DNA from: Deltaproteobacteria bacterium HGW-Deltaproteobacteria-22
GTDB taxonomy: Bacteria; Myxococcota_A; Polyangia; HGW-17
NCBI GenBank assembly: GCA_002841825.1
Contig: PHAZ01000001.1
Location: forward strand, 3,107-67,106
Reading direction: 5' to 3'
Length of the DNA stretch: 64,000 bases
How positions within the stretch are numbered: position 1 is the stretch's first letter; each line of letters starts with the position of its first letter. A program made the translations under genes and the position numbers. The notes under the pieces are model-generated. The model saw only the letters and a program-made list of their open reading frames with translations. It was not told the origin of the DNA and searched no databases. Of this stretch, positions 63,295 through 64,000 are shown piece by piece.

Positions 63295-64000
63295 ATGCGG
63301 CAAGCACGAATCTACATATTGTTAATCAACGCGATGGTTGCATGGATGGCCCTGGGAACGGCCTGTGGGCAGACGACGTCCTCAGGGACCGGCCCTATGA
63401 CCAATATCCCGGGTGGGCCGTGGCTCAAAATTCACACACCAACGCCCGATGACCTGCTTGATGTGTGGGAAGATGGCCATGGTATCGTATGGGCCGTCGG
63501 GCGCTTTGGCACCGTGTTGCGATGTGATGGTGCACGGGTTGAGAGGGTCGATCTGGGCCACCACGGTGTGGATTTTCAGGCCATTCACGGCTCGTCACCG
63601 GAGGATATCTGGATCGTCGGCGACGAAGGCGTTGTCCTGCATTTCAATGGTGCTGACTGGGTGGAACGTCCGATCACCTCGCACGTCAGGTGGCTGATGG
63701 ACGTATGGGTGACCCCGGGCGGGAATGTCTGGGCCGTGGGCTCTGCCTACGAATACGTGGACGATGGTAGCGGGTTCTACCCGGTGGCTCATCTGTGGGA
63801 CGGCGCCCAGTGGAACTACACGCCGCTGCCTGAATCCGTCAGAGACACAGACCGACGGACCAAGTGCACCCAGCTTGAAGCCGTTCATGGCACCGACGGC
63901 GATCTCTATGCGGTGGGAACGGCCGGGGGGCTGTTTCACCATGACGGTTCGGAGTGGAGCTCTTTGGACTCGGGGGTCGACTACTACCTTTTCGATGTCT
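63295..64000 (+). CDS. Beta-propeller repeat lipoprotein (partial, runs off right edge)
   Basis: Hand translation: MRQARIYILLINAMVAWMALGTAC lipobox; repeats VWAVG...VLHFNGADW and LYAVG..GLFHHDGSEW. Confidence 0.7.
   Translation, partial: MRQARIYILLINAMVAWMALGTACGQTTSSGTGPMTNIPGGPWLKIHTPTPDDLLDVWEDGHGIVWAVGRFGTVLRCDGARVERVDLGHHGVDFQAIHGSSPEDIWIVGDEGVVLHFNGADWVERPITSHVRWLMDVWVTPGGNVWAVGSAYEYVDDGSGFYPVAHLWDGAQWNYTPLPESVRDTDRRTKCTQLEAVHGTDGDLYAVGTAGGLFHHDGSEWSSLDSGVDYYLFDV

Overview
GC-rich bacterial chromosome segment; gene content (MXAN_5187-like, FrgA-like, Tgl-like TPR and many lipoproteins) suggests a Myxococcota/deltaproteobacterial host, which is an inference. Bases 1-38.4 kb are core genome: a type II secretion operon (gspC-D-E-F-G-H-I-J, minus strand), rsmA, a large GYF/TPR protein, an AT-rich block with dnaN-recF, DnaA-box-like repeats and a perfect parS (probably origin-proximal), then glmS, serS, mgtE, recO, glgX and lipoproteins. 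From 38359 to 63199 lies a ~24.8 kb integrative element bounded by a perfect 16-bp direct repeat (TACCGCGGCCAGTAGA) that duplicates the 3' end of the MXAN_5187-like gene, with further repeats just inside both ends. It carries a tyrosine integrase, an Xis-like HTH and a primase-SF3 helicase, but no recognisable capsid or conjugation genes. Its cargo is a SNF2 helicase-DUF4391-Mod-Res type III restriction-modification cluster, an AT-rich islet of four tiny ORFs, a DUF932/Cas4-like nuclease module, a 1256-aa reverse transcriptase-nitrilase fusion (DRT1/UG1-like) and IS21, IS91 and type ISP remnants. All family calls come from motif recognition by eye; no database searches were run.
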